Origin: Reclinomonas americana ATCC 50394
Taxonomy: Eukaryota
NCBI GenBank assembly: GCA_048213135.1
Contig: PS015022.1
Location: 1 to 64,000, forward strand
Length of the DNA: 64,000 bases
Reading direction: 5' to 3'
Numbering within the stretch: the stretch's first letter is position 1; every line of letters begins with the position of its first letter. This document shows, piece after piece, positions 44,101-56,185 of the stretch. Below the pieces are notes generated by a model. That model saw only the letters and a program-made list of their open reading frames with translations, made no database searches and was not told the origin of the DNA. Position numbers and translations under genes: made by a program.

Positions 44101-47100
44101 TGAGCACGCGCTCCATGAGCGCGAGCTGTTGCTGCGAGAAAAGATCGACACGGAGACGCGCCTGGAATTTGTGGCCGAAGAGTACAACCGCCAAGCCGCG
44201 GTGGTGCTGCAGGCACTGGAGACGGAGGAGGACTACATTCGTCGTCTGTCGACTTCATTTGCGTCGGTGGAGGCGACACAAGAGAGCTTCTCGCGCATCA
44301 GCGACGTTGAGCGGAAGCTGCGCGAGTTGGACGCGCACGTGTTGGACTTGCGCAGTTTGCACGAGGAATTCGGTACCACCTTTACGGAGATCATTCCTTT
44401 CCCGGTACGCAAGCCGCAACCATCGTTGTGTGTGATCGTCTGACTGACTTGCCTCCCTTGCAGCTGCTGAATGGACGTGCCGATCAAGTACTCCACTTGT
44501 GCCAGTCGCACAAGCGCAAGCTGATGGAGGAAAACGAGAAGCACCGTGCTGTCGATGGTCTGCATGCCGATCTGGCGGAACGGCTGGCCAAGTTGACCAC
44601 TTGGCTCGACTACGCCTTCTCCTTGGTGGCCTCCATGAAGACCAGTTCACTGGCTGAGGACGTGGAGACGGACTTGGAGGTGCTGCGAAAGCTGCGCGCC
44701 GCCGAGGCTGCACACTCGCGCGAATTGGCGTATGCGGCACGGCTCACGGTGGAGATCATGGCGACACCCGGCGGTGCCATGATCCCGAATCGCCACACCA
44801 CGCTGACTCTGCAGATTGTGGAGGAGCACTGGCGCACGTGGATTGAGCAGAGTCGCAAGAAAATGCACCAGCTGGACGACCGCTTGAGACGGTTGCACGC
44901 GTTTGAAGAGAACAAGGTTTGTTTGCGTGCATGTGTGTGTGCGTGTGTGTGTGTGTGGACTGCTTTGCTGACTACATGGTGCGTGTGTTTGTGTGTGTGC
45001 AGTTGTTGTTTGCCGAGTTTGCGCTCGAGCTGAACGAGTGGCTGAAGCGATCCAAGCGTGGTGTGGCGGCCGTCAGCGTTGGCACGTCGGCCATTGAGAC
45101 GGCGAGCCAGCGTCGCATTCTCGAGTTCTGGAAGTTGCAGCAATCGGAGAAGCGGCGCCTGCTTGACGACGTCACGACGCTGTTTGCGACGCTACAGACC
45201 GGCATGAGCGAATTCCCGTCGTCCAGCGATGCTGACTACGCGGTGTTGTACAATGTGCGTCACGCTACGTGCCAACCTGTCAACAAAGTAGTAAGACTCA
45301 ACGGCGCACTGCAGGAGATTCAAGCGCGCTGGAACTCGCTGGAGGTGGACGTGGACGAGAAGGACCGTGCCCTTGTGTCTGTGGAGCAGGTGCATAGCAA
45401 GGTGTCGGCTTTGCGCGAGGACTTCTCGGAGCAGAAGGAGACCTTCCGCGAGTGGCTCCACCTGTTGCGCCAGCGCATGCTTCTGGTGGCGCAGGCGAAT
45501 GTGTTTGACGAGGTGCAGACGACGATTGAGGAGTTTGAGGCACGAAAGCACCAGGACGGCGTGATGCAGCTGCACAGTGTGTCGAAGGCGTACCAGTCGT
45601 TGCTGGCCTCTGGTGAACCCGATCTGGGCGAGATTCAGGTGTGTTTGTGTGCTGTGAATGCTCGTCATGTTATGCACGCACATTATCCTTGTCTCACTGT
45701 GTTTGCTTGTCGCCACGCAGTATCTGGAGGAGGAGTGGGGCACTGTGCAAATTGTGGTGCGTCGCATGAAAGAGCTCATTGCGGATCAAGTGCGGAAAGA
45801 GACAGAGCGGCTGGAGGTGCTGGAACGTCACCGATCGGTGGTGGAGGCGGCGCGCCAGCTGCGTGACTCCACACAGCAGACGCTGTCCGACATGGACACG
45901 TCGGATTGCACCCTTGCCCTCCTGGTCGATCACACGAGTGCGCTGAAGACCATGTACCGTCAGCATCTCAACTACGTCTCGTCGAACGCGACACAGTGGC
46001 TGCACGCCGAGTTTGAAGTGCTGGAGAAGGCCGAGAATCTTTTCCCCGACACCAAGGTGAGTGTTTTTCTTATCGATGCTCTTCTGTCCGTCATCGTCTC
46101 TCGTCTCACCGGTGTCGCCAGATGACTGCCGTGTGGATCGAGTATCATCGCCAGCTGAGTCGCCAGATGCACGAGCATGCTGCAGAAATGGATCGCCTGC
46201 TGCGGCTTGATGGTGCGACGTATGCATGTCCAAGTGTTGTTGATTTTTTCGCTGTATCTCACTTGCATGTGGCAGATGTGGTGTCGAGCTATCAGTTCGA
46301 AGCCGACGATTTGTACGAGTGGGCCAGTGCACAAAAGACCATGTTGTCGCCTCTGGGCTGGAGTGCAGCTGCTGGCTCGGTGAGCGTTCCACTCCGTCTC
46401 TTGCGTGCTTTTCGAAAAATGATCCCTCACTGGCAACGCCCACTAGGTCGAAAATCCGCAGCGTGAACGCGACCTCGACAATCCAGTGTCACCGCGTTCT
46501 GGTAGTGGCCAGTCATTTGAGACCATGGCGCCTGTCAATATTCAGCAGCGCACTCTCAACCACTTTTTCAACACGCGAATGGAGGCACAGCAACGGCTGG
46601 AGCGCATCAACGAACTGTGGGCTGCACTGGACCAGGAGGACGTGCTCAATCAGCTGCAACTGCGCTCGCCGTTCGAGTTTGAGCAGCTGCTCAAGGACCT
46701 TGACTGGCAGGCGCAGCAGCGCACGGCACGTGTGGAGGCACTCCGCGATGCCGTGTTGTACGTGGCCGGGCAGCGGGCCGAGTGGGCCGACGCCGCGTTG
46801 GCGTGGATGGCGGTGCATGCGTCTGTGATGCAGCGCCTGCTGCAGCTGGATCTTGGCTACTCGGAAGGCGCTCTGCAGGGCGTGGTGGCCACCATTGACG
46901 AGATCGAGCAGCAGTGTTCGGGTCTGGAGAAGCAACTCGCGGTGCTGCGGTCGGATATCAATCGTATCAGCAACGAGACGATGGCACCGCCGTCGGCTGC
47001 CGCCTCGCTGGTGTTTGCGCGCATTGCTGAGGTGAGTCGGCGGCGACGGCTGTCACGTAGATTATTTGCCTCCTCATTCTTAATTCTCTTCATCGTGAAT

Positions 47101-50100
47101 GCAGACACTGGATGTCGACTTGCGTACGGCGCGCGATGGTATCGCCTTCCGCCGGCAGATTGCCGACGCGCGCATCGCCGTGATTCAGCACGCCGCCAGT
47201 GTCCGACAAGAGTTCTTGACCAAGGTACGCCTTCTCTCTCTGTGGTTGCTTCGAGCACACTCACTTATTGATGATGGATGCATCGCTTGCGCACACTCAG
47301 TGCGACGATCTCGGAGCGTATCTCACGCACTTTGAGCCGCTGGATCCGGACGATTACGCCGACGAGAAGGGCCTGTTGCACGCGGTGACCAACTTGCGAC
47401 ACGAGCACACCGTGCGTAGCGAGACATTGTCGCGTGTGGTCGCTTGCCAAGACGAGTTGCGACGATCGGGTGCACCAAAGGTCTCCAGCTCCGGCCACTT
47501 GAGCTTGCGAGTTGCGTGCTCATGCACTCGCAAACATGCATCCAACACATCCCTTACTCGATTGTCATGTGAGCAGGAGCTGCTGTCGCGCTGGAAGGGC
47601 GTTACCATCCACTTGGATCAAATGCTGGAGCGCGCACTGAGCGGCGATCGTGGTGAGCTGCCGTCGACGGAGGTGCGCATCAGTCATTTGCTGGACGCCG
47701 GCTACCTGCACCACTTGGTACGAGCGAGTGCGCACACATTGACGCGATTGCCCGCCTATGATGTGGCAAGTCGTGTGCGAGCCGAGGAGGCGGCGGAGAG
47801 AGCTCGTCTCGAGGCTGAAGCTGCTGCGGCTGCCGGAGACGATGACAGCAGCCTCGAAGACCGCAGCACCATGTCCAGCGGCGATTCTCGTGGCACCGAC
47901 AGCAGCCGCCGCAGCTCAGTGCGGTCCTCGGCCACGGCCGGCGATGCGCACCACCTGCTGCCGTCGCAGTCTGTGAGCGCCGATCCACTCATTTCTCTGC
48001 ACGATTTGCAAGAGTCGGCAATGGGTCTCTTTGTCGTGCGCGAGAGCATGAAGGACGCGGCGCCTGTCCTCGACAGCTTGATTCAAGAGCCCGACACCGA
48101 CAAGTTCAAGTACCAACCGGCGGCTATTGCAGGCACTTGGAACACGGTGCGCGACGAGCGAGACGAGATGGAGGGCATTCTGTGCGATCAAGGCGATCGT
48201 ATCGTCGACAAGTTGCTGCAGCGTGGCCAGCAGAGGTGTGTCCCCGTCGTCGTGATTTTCTCTCTCATCTCCAAGTCTCTCACTCATTGGCGTGCGCACA
48301 GCGGCCTGGTGAATCATGTGGCTCGATGGATGGCTCTGAACGAGGAGAAGATGTGGGCACTGCATGCCGAGATTGAGCGGGAGGGCACGTCGACTCGTGA
48401 CGGCGAGAATGGTGGCGACCCGTCCTCGGCGCCGAGCTCCCTCACGGCCAGCGCACTGCAGCAACAGCAACACCAACAGCAGCACGCACAGCAGCGCTCG
48501 TCGTCCGTCGGACGCCGGTCACGCGCGCGCAGTGTGGCGTGGGGCGACAGCTCACCGCCGCCGCCAAGCGGTTCGCGCAACTCTGTCGCAAGTCCGACGG
48601 CTGCCGCCGGCTCTACTGGCCGCAAACGCCGCGGTAGCTGGTGGGGTCGACACGCAACCTCGAACAGCATCTCGTCGCCGGAGGCAGTTGTGCGTCTAGA
48701 ATCCCGACACGTAACACTTCTGTACTTGCAGACTCATGCCCGCGCATTTTGTTCATTGCACAGACGCTGGCCAGCGAACAAGAGGCCATTGCCGAACTGT
48801 TTGACGAAGAAGCCAGTCGGTCGCCAACCTTCCCGGCGGAGACACTGGCGAGCTCGTCGACAGTGCGTCTGGACCAGTTCCGCGAAATGTTGCCCAAGTG
48901 GCGCTCTTTTGCGGACGTGTCACGCACCGTGCGACGCGAGGCGGAGCGTTTCACGGGCGCCGAGTTCCGCGATCTCGTCTCCGATGTGGAGACAAGTGGA
49001 CGGCCGGCGATTGCTGATTCGCTGCACTACGCGTTGCGCGTGTCGCAGTTGCACCTGGGTGGCGGTGCAATCAATGTCACCCTGGCCGGTGGACAGGCGC
49101 AGCAGCTGTCGCCAACAGCGCAGGCGTCGATGGCTGGTCAGTCGTCGCAACCGCCGCCGCTGGCAGGACCGGGAATGCGCGCCTCCATGAGTCTGTTGGC
49201 GGCGGGTGCGGGTGATGCCTCGCCGCAGTCACTGGCGACACAAGATCCGATTCCGCTCCTGCAGCGGACGCTGGAGAATGTGCGGACGCAACACGACATT
49301 CTGCGGTCGGCGTGTACCCGCCTGGCCGACGCGTCGGTGCTGACACAAATGGCCGACTTTGTCGAGCGCACTGTTGAGCAGTGTGCGCAGAGTATTGAGG
49401 GCTTTACGGAGCGCTCGCGCGAGCGTGAGGCACAGTTGCCGCAGAACGCAGCACTGTGGGGCAAGTACAAGGAGGGCTTTAGGGATCTGCGAGGTGAGCC
49501 TGTCGAGTTGTGGCTTGCTTGTCGTGCGTCACACTGACGTTGTGTGTGCGTGTCTATGCAGAGCGTCTGCGGTCGCTGTCGGACCTGATGGATCGCAAGG
49601 CGGCGAATCACGATGTCAGCATGGATGTGCGCGTGTTTGCATCGCAGCGACTGGGAGGACCAACCACAAAGGAGTCGATCAGCATGGCCGATCTGGAGTC
49701 GCCACGTGCTCCTCGCAGACGCACCAAGACCACCATGGACAACAAGGTCATGGGCGAAGAACTCGTCATCGATTTCCGCATCCAGCAGGAGGTGCAGTTG
49801 CTGATGCAGATCCGCGACCTGACGTTTGCCGAGGAGGCACGGTTGTCGGAGCTGGCGTTCTTGTACAATCGATTGCTGGGTGAGGCGGTCGAGGAGCACT
49901 GGAGCATTCCTGGTGCGTGAGTTTGCGCGAGTACGGGAGTGTGTGTGTGTGTGTGCTTGTGTACTGAATCGCGACCGCAGCCGAGCTGGAGGGTTACCAG
50001 ATAGATCGGGTGGCCGTGGAGTGGGTGCAGTTGGTGGAACGCGCCGAGGGCATGCTGGCCAAGCTGCGCGAACGTGAGGGCGGTCTCTCCAGCTTCGACA

Positions 50101-51932
50101 GCAAGTGGGTCAATCACACGTACCACGAGCTGATTCGCTTCTTCGAGGACGCATCGTATGTGCTGGAGATCTTCGACGAAGGCTCCTCGCTCAACGACAT
50201 GCAAAAGGCCATGTCCATCCTCAACGTATTCAACTTTAAGCGCGAGCACTACCAGGCCAAGTTCCAGGCCTACCTGATGCGCATTGGCGAGAAGAAGGCA
50301 CTCGGCGTGGAGGACCACTCGGACGAGCTGCGTCGCAAGTGGAGCGAATTGGAGAAGGTTTGTTTTTCGTGTCTTCTGGGGCATGAGTTGTTGGGTGTTG
50401 ACGACTGCCGCCGACAGATGATGGGTGAGAAGTTGCCGAAACCGAGTGCGTTGGCCGACCGTGTACAACACCGTCGCGAGTACGAGGAGCAAGTGAAACA
50501 GCTCGCCGGCAACATGGAGTTCCTCGATGCGTGGGTCCTGCTCAGTGAGTCGGTGCTGGCTCCTTACAATCAGCCGCTCACGTTCTCCGAGAGGTGCGTG
50601 AATGAGAGGAGGAAAGAGAGAGAGGGAGAGACACGATTGTCAGCGCGCGTGCGTGTTATTGACTGTGCGATGTGCTGCGCAGCAAACACTGGGAGACGGT
50701 GGTGGTGTTGCTGTTGGAGCGCACAGAAGTGCTGCATGTGCGCTTTGACGAGACCGCCCAGTTGCACCGCACGCTGCAGGACCGTGCGACACGATCGCGG
50801 CGTGCGTCGACCTCCGGCATCACTGTGGAGGAGTCGCTGCATGAGTTGACGCGGCTGGATTACGGGACGGTGCACAAGCACTGGGAGGGCTTTGGACGGC
50901 GCCTGGCTTCACTGCAGGAGGAGGTGTCGATGGCTGCAGAGCAACTATTCACCTCCGACATGCAGTGTGTGCGCATCGCGCAGCACATGCTGTCGTCGCT
51001 GTACTGGATGCGCAGCATGTCGGTGGTGATGCGGCGAGAGAGCGTGGCGCTCGACTCGGTGAACGCCGTCGACTTTGTCGGACGCATGTTTACCGAGTTC
51101 ACCTCCAAGTCGGCCGACACCGAGCTGCGGTTACGCGAATTGCGCAACACAGCGGCCAACATGCAGACGGTGAGTCTGTTCCTTCCTCGTGTTTTTTGTG
51201 GACTGTTCCTCAACTTGCTGATGTACAGATGCCGCACTTGGAGCCCTTCAAGTATGCGCCGCTGGAGTTGGAGAGACTAGAGGCCATGTGGGTGGAGCTG
51301 AAGGCCTTGGCCACCAATCGCAATGCCGAGCTGCAGCACTCGCTGGAGCGCGTGCACGAGTTGTCGTCGGAATTCGGCATGGACGAGGGCACGGTGCGGC
51401 AGTACAGCGACGCATTCGACCACTTTGACCAGGACGGCAGCGGCTTCATCGACGTCAAGGAGTGCGAAGCGATTCTCGTGTCGATGGGCGAGGACGTCAC
51501 AGAGGAGCGCGCACGTGCCATCTTCAACGAGATCGACAGCAACGGCAACGGGCGTGTCGACTTCCGCGAATTCGCCGAGTACATGAGCCGGCGCTTCGAA
51601 CTGGCGCCATCCGTGAACGGCGTCACGCAAACACTCGAGCAGATCGCCGGCAGCAAGCTGCTCGGCTGGGACGCACTGGTGCGTTTTCTTTCATTTCTGA
51701 CTTGCTTTGCTTCCTTTGCCCACATGCACCCGTTACAGGAAGCGGCTGTACGCACGTTCCTGACAGAGGAGCAGCGCAAGCAGCTGCGCGCGCTGGTGCA
51801 CATAAGACAGAACAATACAATCGACACGAGAGGTACGTGTCGTCACACCAGCACGAGCACACACACCGACAGTAAGTCTCACTCACCACCGCCTCTCGCA
51901 ACACAGGCCTGGCGCTGCTGATCACCGAGTAA
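38142..51932 (+). CDS. Giant alpha-actinin/spectrin-superfamily protein (CH1-CH2, long spectrin-repeat-like rod, EF-hand pair; ~40 introns)
   Basis: CH1 (YEVWV...EDLQNG...IMWSL), CH2 (EALIQW...NDF-x-ESLRTG...NALD), actinin SR1-like LLDWIDK, and EF hands DQDGSGFIDVKE and DSNGNGRVDFRE. A single gene is inferred from uninterrupted same-strand exons. Confidence 0.75.
40761..40788. repeat. (TG)14 intronic microsatellite, representative of many TG/AG/TC tracts in the eukaryotic part
   Basis: Read directly from the sequence. Confidence 0.9.
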
Positions 51933-52124
51933 TCTCATTGTTGTACGCTTTACTTTAAAATGAACCGAACCCTGTTATGTTTCGCGAGTACTACAGTCGA
52001 GAGCGCGCAGCACACGAACGAGGAGAGCTGACGCGAAATCGGAAAAACTAAATATGCGGACCCAATGCATGCATGACGTAGTCGCTGGACGACAAAGAGT
52101 GTTTCTCTCTTTGCGTGCCTCCCC

Positions 52125-55075
52125 ATGAGCAAGCCTTCCCCACTCACCGGTGTCAGCGGAGGCGGTCTCGCGCTTCCACCTCTGCCAGGCACGCCCAGTC
52201 GCGCCACTGCAGCAGGCGACGACGACGACTTTAACGGAGTGTCGCCTGCATCGCCTTCCTCTGCGCCCTTCCTCGCCCCACGCACCACAGTCATGGGCAG
52301 CAGTGCGCGCAGGGATGATGCAGCATCGCCTTCGTCGCCTGCAGGTGCGTCGCCTGCGTCACCTGCAAGTGCGCGTGCGAGTCGCCCGATCGCCGACATG
52401 TCGGCTCTCACGCGACGCGCGGTGGGCCATGGTGCGGCGGCTGCCAACATGAACTCGGGGGGATTCGCCGAGGTAAGAGAGAGAGAGTGTGTGTGAGTGT
52501 GAGTGTGAGTGGGAGAGCGAGATGATGATGTTGATGGTTGATCGTTGCTGTGTGTGCAGGCGCTGGCCTTGGTCGGTGATCTGGAGCGCGTGCGACTGGA
52601 GCAGCTGCATCGGCAAGGTGAGCAGGCTGCACTCTCTCTTTCTCTCTTTGCGCGTGTGTCAGGAAACTCGCTGCATGCATGTATCCTGTGTTCGACTGAG
52701 ACCATTTCTGTCGCTCATGCACAAAAGGACTGCCCATGGCCAAACGTCGTCGTTGCGTGCAGCTTGCATGCGTGTGTGTGTGTGCGATGCGCTTGTTGGT
52801 GTGTCTCACTTTGTGTTTTTCGCAGCGCACGGATGCAGTCAGTGGAAATCGCTGACGTGTGCGGAAATGTATCGTATCGCCAAGCCGTGTCTGACGGAGA
52901 CGTGTGGCTACATTCCGTATGTCGGCGAGTACTGGGGCTACTTCAACGACTGGTTCTTTGAGTTGCGTCGCTTGTGCGCGCGTGGGCGAGTCGCGTGTAG
53001 CTGTCCATTCGTCGTCTCCCACGCCACCGCCGCCACGCCAGTACCTCGATATTGACTCGTGCCTGTTTTTGGACTTGCGCAGTCGTTTCTGCACTGTGTG
53101 CTGCGATCGTTGCGTGCTGATGTGTGTGCTCTGCTGCCGGTTTGGCTCGTTGTGATGATGCTCATTTGCATGCATGTGCAGCGGAGACGCTGCTGGTCGA
53201 GTCGCGCTTCCAGGTGTCGGACGAGCAGACGCGTGGAGCCCTGTTTACCACGTTGCGCACCTGCATGCAACTTGCATCGCTTCCCTTGCCCACCAACTCA
53301 TCTCTTTGCGTGCAGTGGCGCACTCTACGTTCCCGACACGAGCTGCGCTGCGCTGACCAACATCTTCCTGTTCGGCACCGTTCGACCGTGCGTGCTCTGC
53401 TGCTGCACCGACAAGCCCGAGACGGTGCGCACAGCCTCGCAGTTCAACCTTCATATTGTCCATCACTCACTGCTGTGTGCATTCTCGTGTAGCTCGAGTA
53501 CGATGAGGTCGCCGAGTTCCGGCACGCGGCGTACGCGGAGGACGATCCACGCGGTGCGGCATTCCGCATTCGTCGTCGCACCCATTACAAGAAGGACCGC
53601 TACAAGGCAGTGTTGCGTCGCTTATTTCATCAGAGTGTGTGCCGACGCATCGTCTTCCCCCTCTGTGTCTCTTATCGACATGCGTGCAGGTCTCCGTGCT
53701 GCTGCTTGTACCGCAAGCAGTACGGACACGAGGCCACCGAGTTCCAGGTGCTGCCGCCGAAGGGCACCGACGATCAGCCTGATGGCATGCCGGTGGTGAC
53801 GGTACGTGTAACGTATCATGCGCATCTCAACTGAATTCTTTGATTCATCATGTGCGGACACAGGGCACTCTGCATCGCGGCCCGGCTCGCATCGGCGTCG
53901 ACAAGAATGGTTTCGGCGTCGGACCAATGACCTCGACCATGAGCATGTCGGGCCGAACGGGTCAGGGTACGCCGACTGTGGTGCAGACGGCCACGACGCA
54001 CCGCCTCATGAAGGGTACGTTACTGGCTGAGAGGAAGTGATGGCTATCGACAGCTTGTGAAAATGACCGCTCTGCTGCAGGTATTCTCGCTCCGACGTGC
54101 ATCTGTCTGGGAATCCACAGGCGCGTTGTGTCCTTGTGTTTGTGTGCATTTTCTCCTCTGTCAACGATTGCTCACTGTACGAGTGTTTGTAATGTGCAGT
54201 GACGTGGGCCAGACCTGCCTGGTGAGACACGCAGCGCGAGTGCACTATTGTTGCTGTTGACTCCGGACCAACTATCCTGCACTGCAGTTGAACTTCTGCC
54301 TGCAAGCCGCCGACACTGTGGACGAGTGGCGTTTCGTGCGGCGCATGTCTGGCGCCGAGCCGTCGGACACTGACGAGGAGCTTGGCGTCATGGTGAGTGT
54401 GTGCGGTGGCGAAGGGGCGTGTCGTGTGCACCACCTGTTGACCCGCATGTGTGCACAGATGATGGTGGTGGAAGAGGAGCAGGTGCTGCAGGCGAACAAG
54501 TACGTCGTTCGTCACGCTGTGGCCGACCCAGACAGTTGCGTGGGCTGTGATATACGCAGAGGCGCTTGCTGGAAGCTGCTCACCCCCCTGCGCCACCACC
54601 ACGCAGATCAAATCGTGTTCACCCGCGGCGAACTCGGACTGCAACTGACCATGTCGCCGAGGGCCACGGCGGAAGAGAAGCTGGCCATGATTGCCTCCGC
54701 TTGTTGCGTCGTGATAATCGTAGTCTTGACGTGCACGTCAGTCGGTGGCTCACTCCCGTTCCCCCACAGCGTGCCAGTGGGCAAAGATGGTTTGCTGTAC
54801 GCCGCAGCGTGCAATAATGGCATGCATGTGTTCTCACACTCACACACGCTGGTATGCAGGAGGGAGCCTTTTTGAACAGCGAGGACCACGCTCGCATCGC
54901 CCGCAAGGAGCGTCCCGTGTGGGGCAAGGCGCGCGGTCTGCTGGTGGATCTTTACCGGTTCGTACGTTTCGGTTTTCCACACCACTGTAAACGCGATGAA
55001 GTTGACGTCGTCTCCTCACGCAGTGACAACGCGGCACCGTCTGTGGTGCACCCAGCGCCGACATTCCGCGTCTAA
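52125..55075 (+). CDS. Cys-rich multi-exon hypothetical protein, possibly of the scramblase/Tubby-like fold
   Basis: Pro/Ser-rich N-terminus, several CC/CCC clusters, and C-terminal LQLTMSPRATAEEKLAMIASA resembling the scramblase terminal helix. The 3' end is uncertain. Confidence 0.45.
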
Positions 55076-56185
55076 CAGCGACAATGCGAGAAACCAATCA
55101 GCGATCGACAGCGCGAAACAAACAAGAAGAAGAAGAAGCAATCGATAATGTATGCAATCACGTTTTGTGAAAACGCGCAATGTCGGTCAGTTCAAAATGC
55201 ATCCCGAGAATTTTCGACACGTGCCAGCAAAACCCATTTTTTTTGCGCCTCACTGGTCGCCCGTCGACGTGGCGCAGTGCATAATGTGCGCCACATGGCG
55301 GTGAAGCTGGCAAGCTGTCACGAAGACGATGCGACCGATCTGTTGTTGAGAAAAAATCGGGACACTGTCCGGCAAATCGTCTGAAAACGGACAGAAATCT
55401 TCCGTTTCACTCGCGCAGCTCCCGCTGATTGTCACCAGTGGACAGACTGGACCTCAGTTTGAAGCGGAGGAGTTGGTGAACGAGATGACATGCGGCCTGC
55501 CGCCAGCTGGCCAGCAGAACTTGAGAAACATGTGACGCACTCAACGGTCGTCCGTAACCGAAAAAAACGCGTGCCATCGTCTGTGTGTGTGAGAGAGAGT
55601 CCCTGATGCCTGTTGTTGGCGAGAAGGCTGTGGCGAGAGCCGTCACCGTCTATCTGACTGATACCCCGAAGAGCGGGTGGAAAACGATCGCAAGGCGGCG
55701 CAGCGTCAACATTTCCACGAAACGAGCGATTTCGAGATTGTCTTCGACTCAAGCACGATCTGTTGGACTGCTTTTCTTGACCCAGGTTCATTTTTTTTCG
55801 TTTTCTCGACGCAGGGGTGTGATCTTCGCGAGATGCGGATTCCGAATACACCCGTATACACCCGGTGCACAGGCACTCGTTCAGGAGCTGCGGGTCACGC
55901 AAGATTGGGTGTCAAAAATCGACCATTTTTTGGCTACTTTGGTCATCCAACGGTCATTATTTTTCTCGTCGCCTGTGCATTTTTGCTGCGCCGCTTCGCC
56001 GCCACTTTGTAGTGCAGCAAGTAGGGTACCATGATACACCCCATTACACACCCAAGAAGTGATCAGAATGGGGTGAAAAAGCGGTCGCGAGCTGAAAACC
56101 CGCGAAAAGGGTGTATTTTCCGCTACCGACACTGCGCGGGACAACTGTCATTCATCGTTCAATCCAGCAACGAAGGGAGGAAGCC

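Noticed and set aside
54115-54140. GC-AG intron donor (CAG|GCGCGT)
   Set aside because: An in-frame GT donor a few bases downstream fits equally well; unresolved without RNA data.
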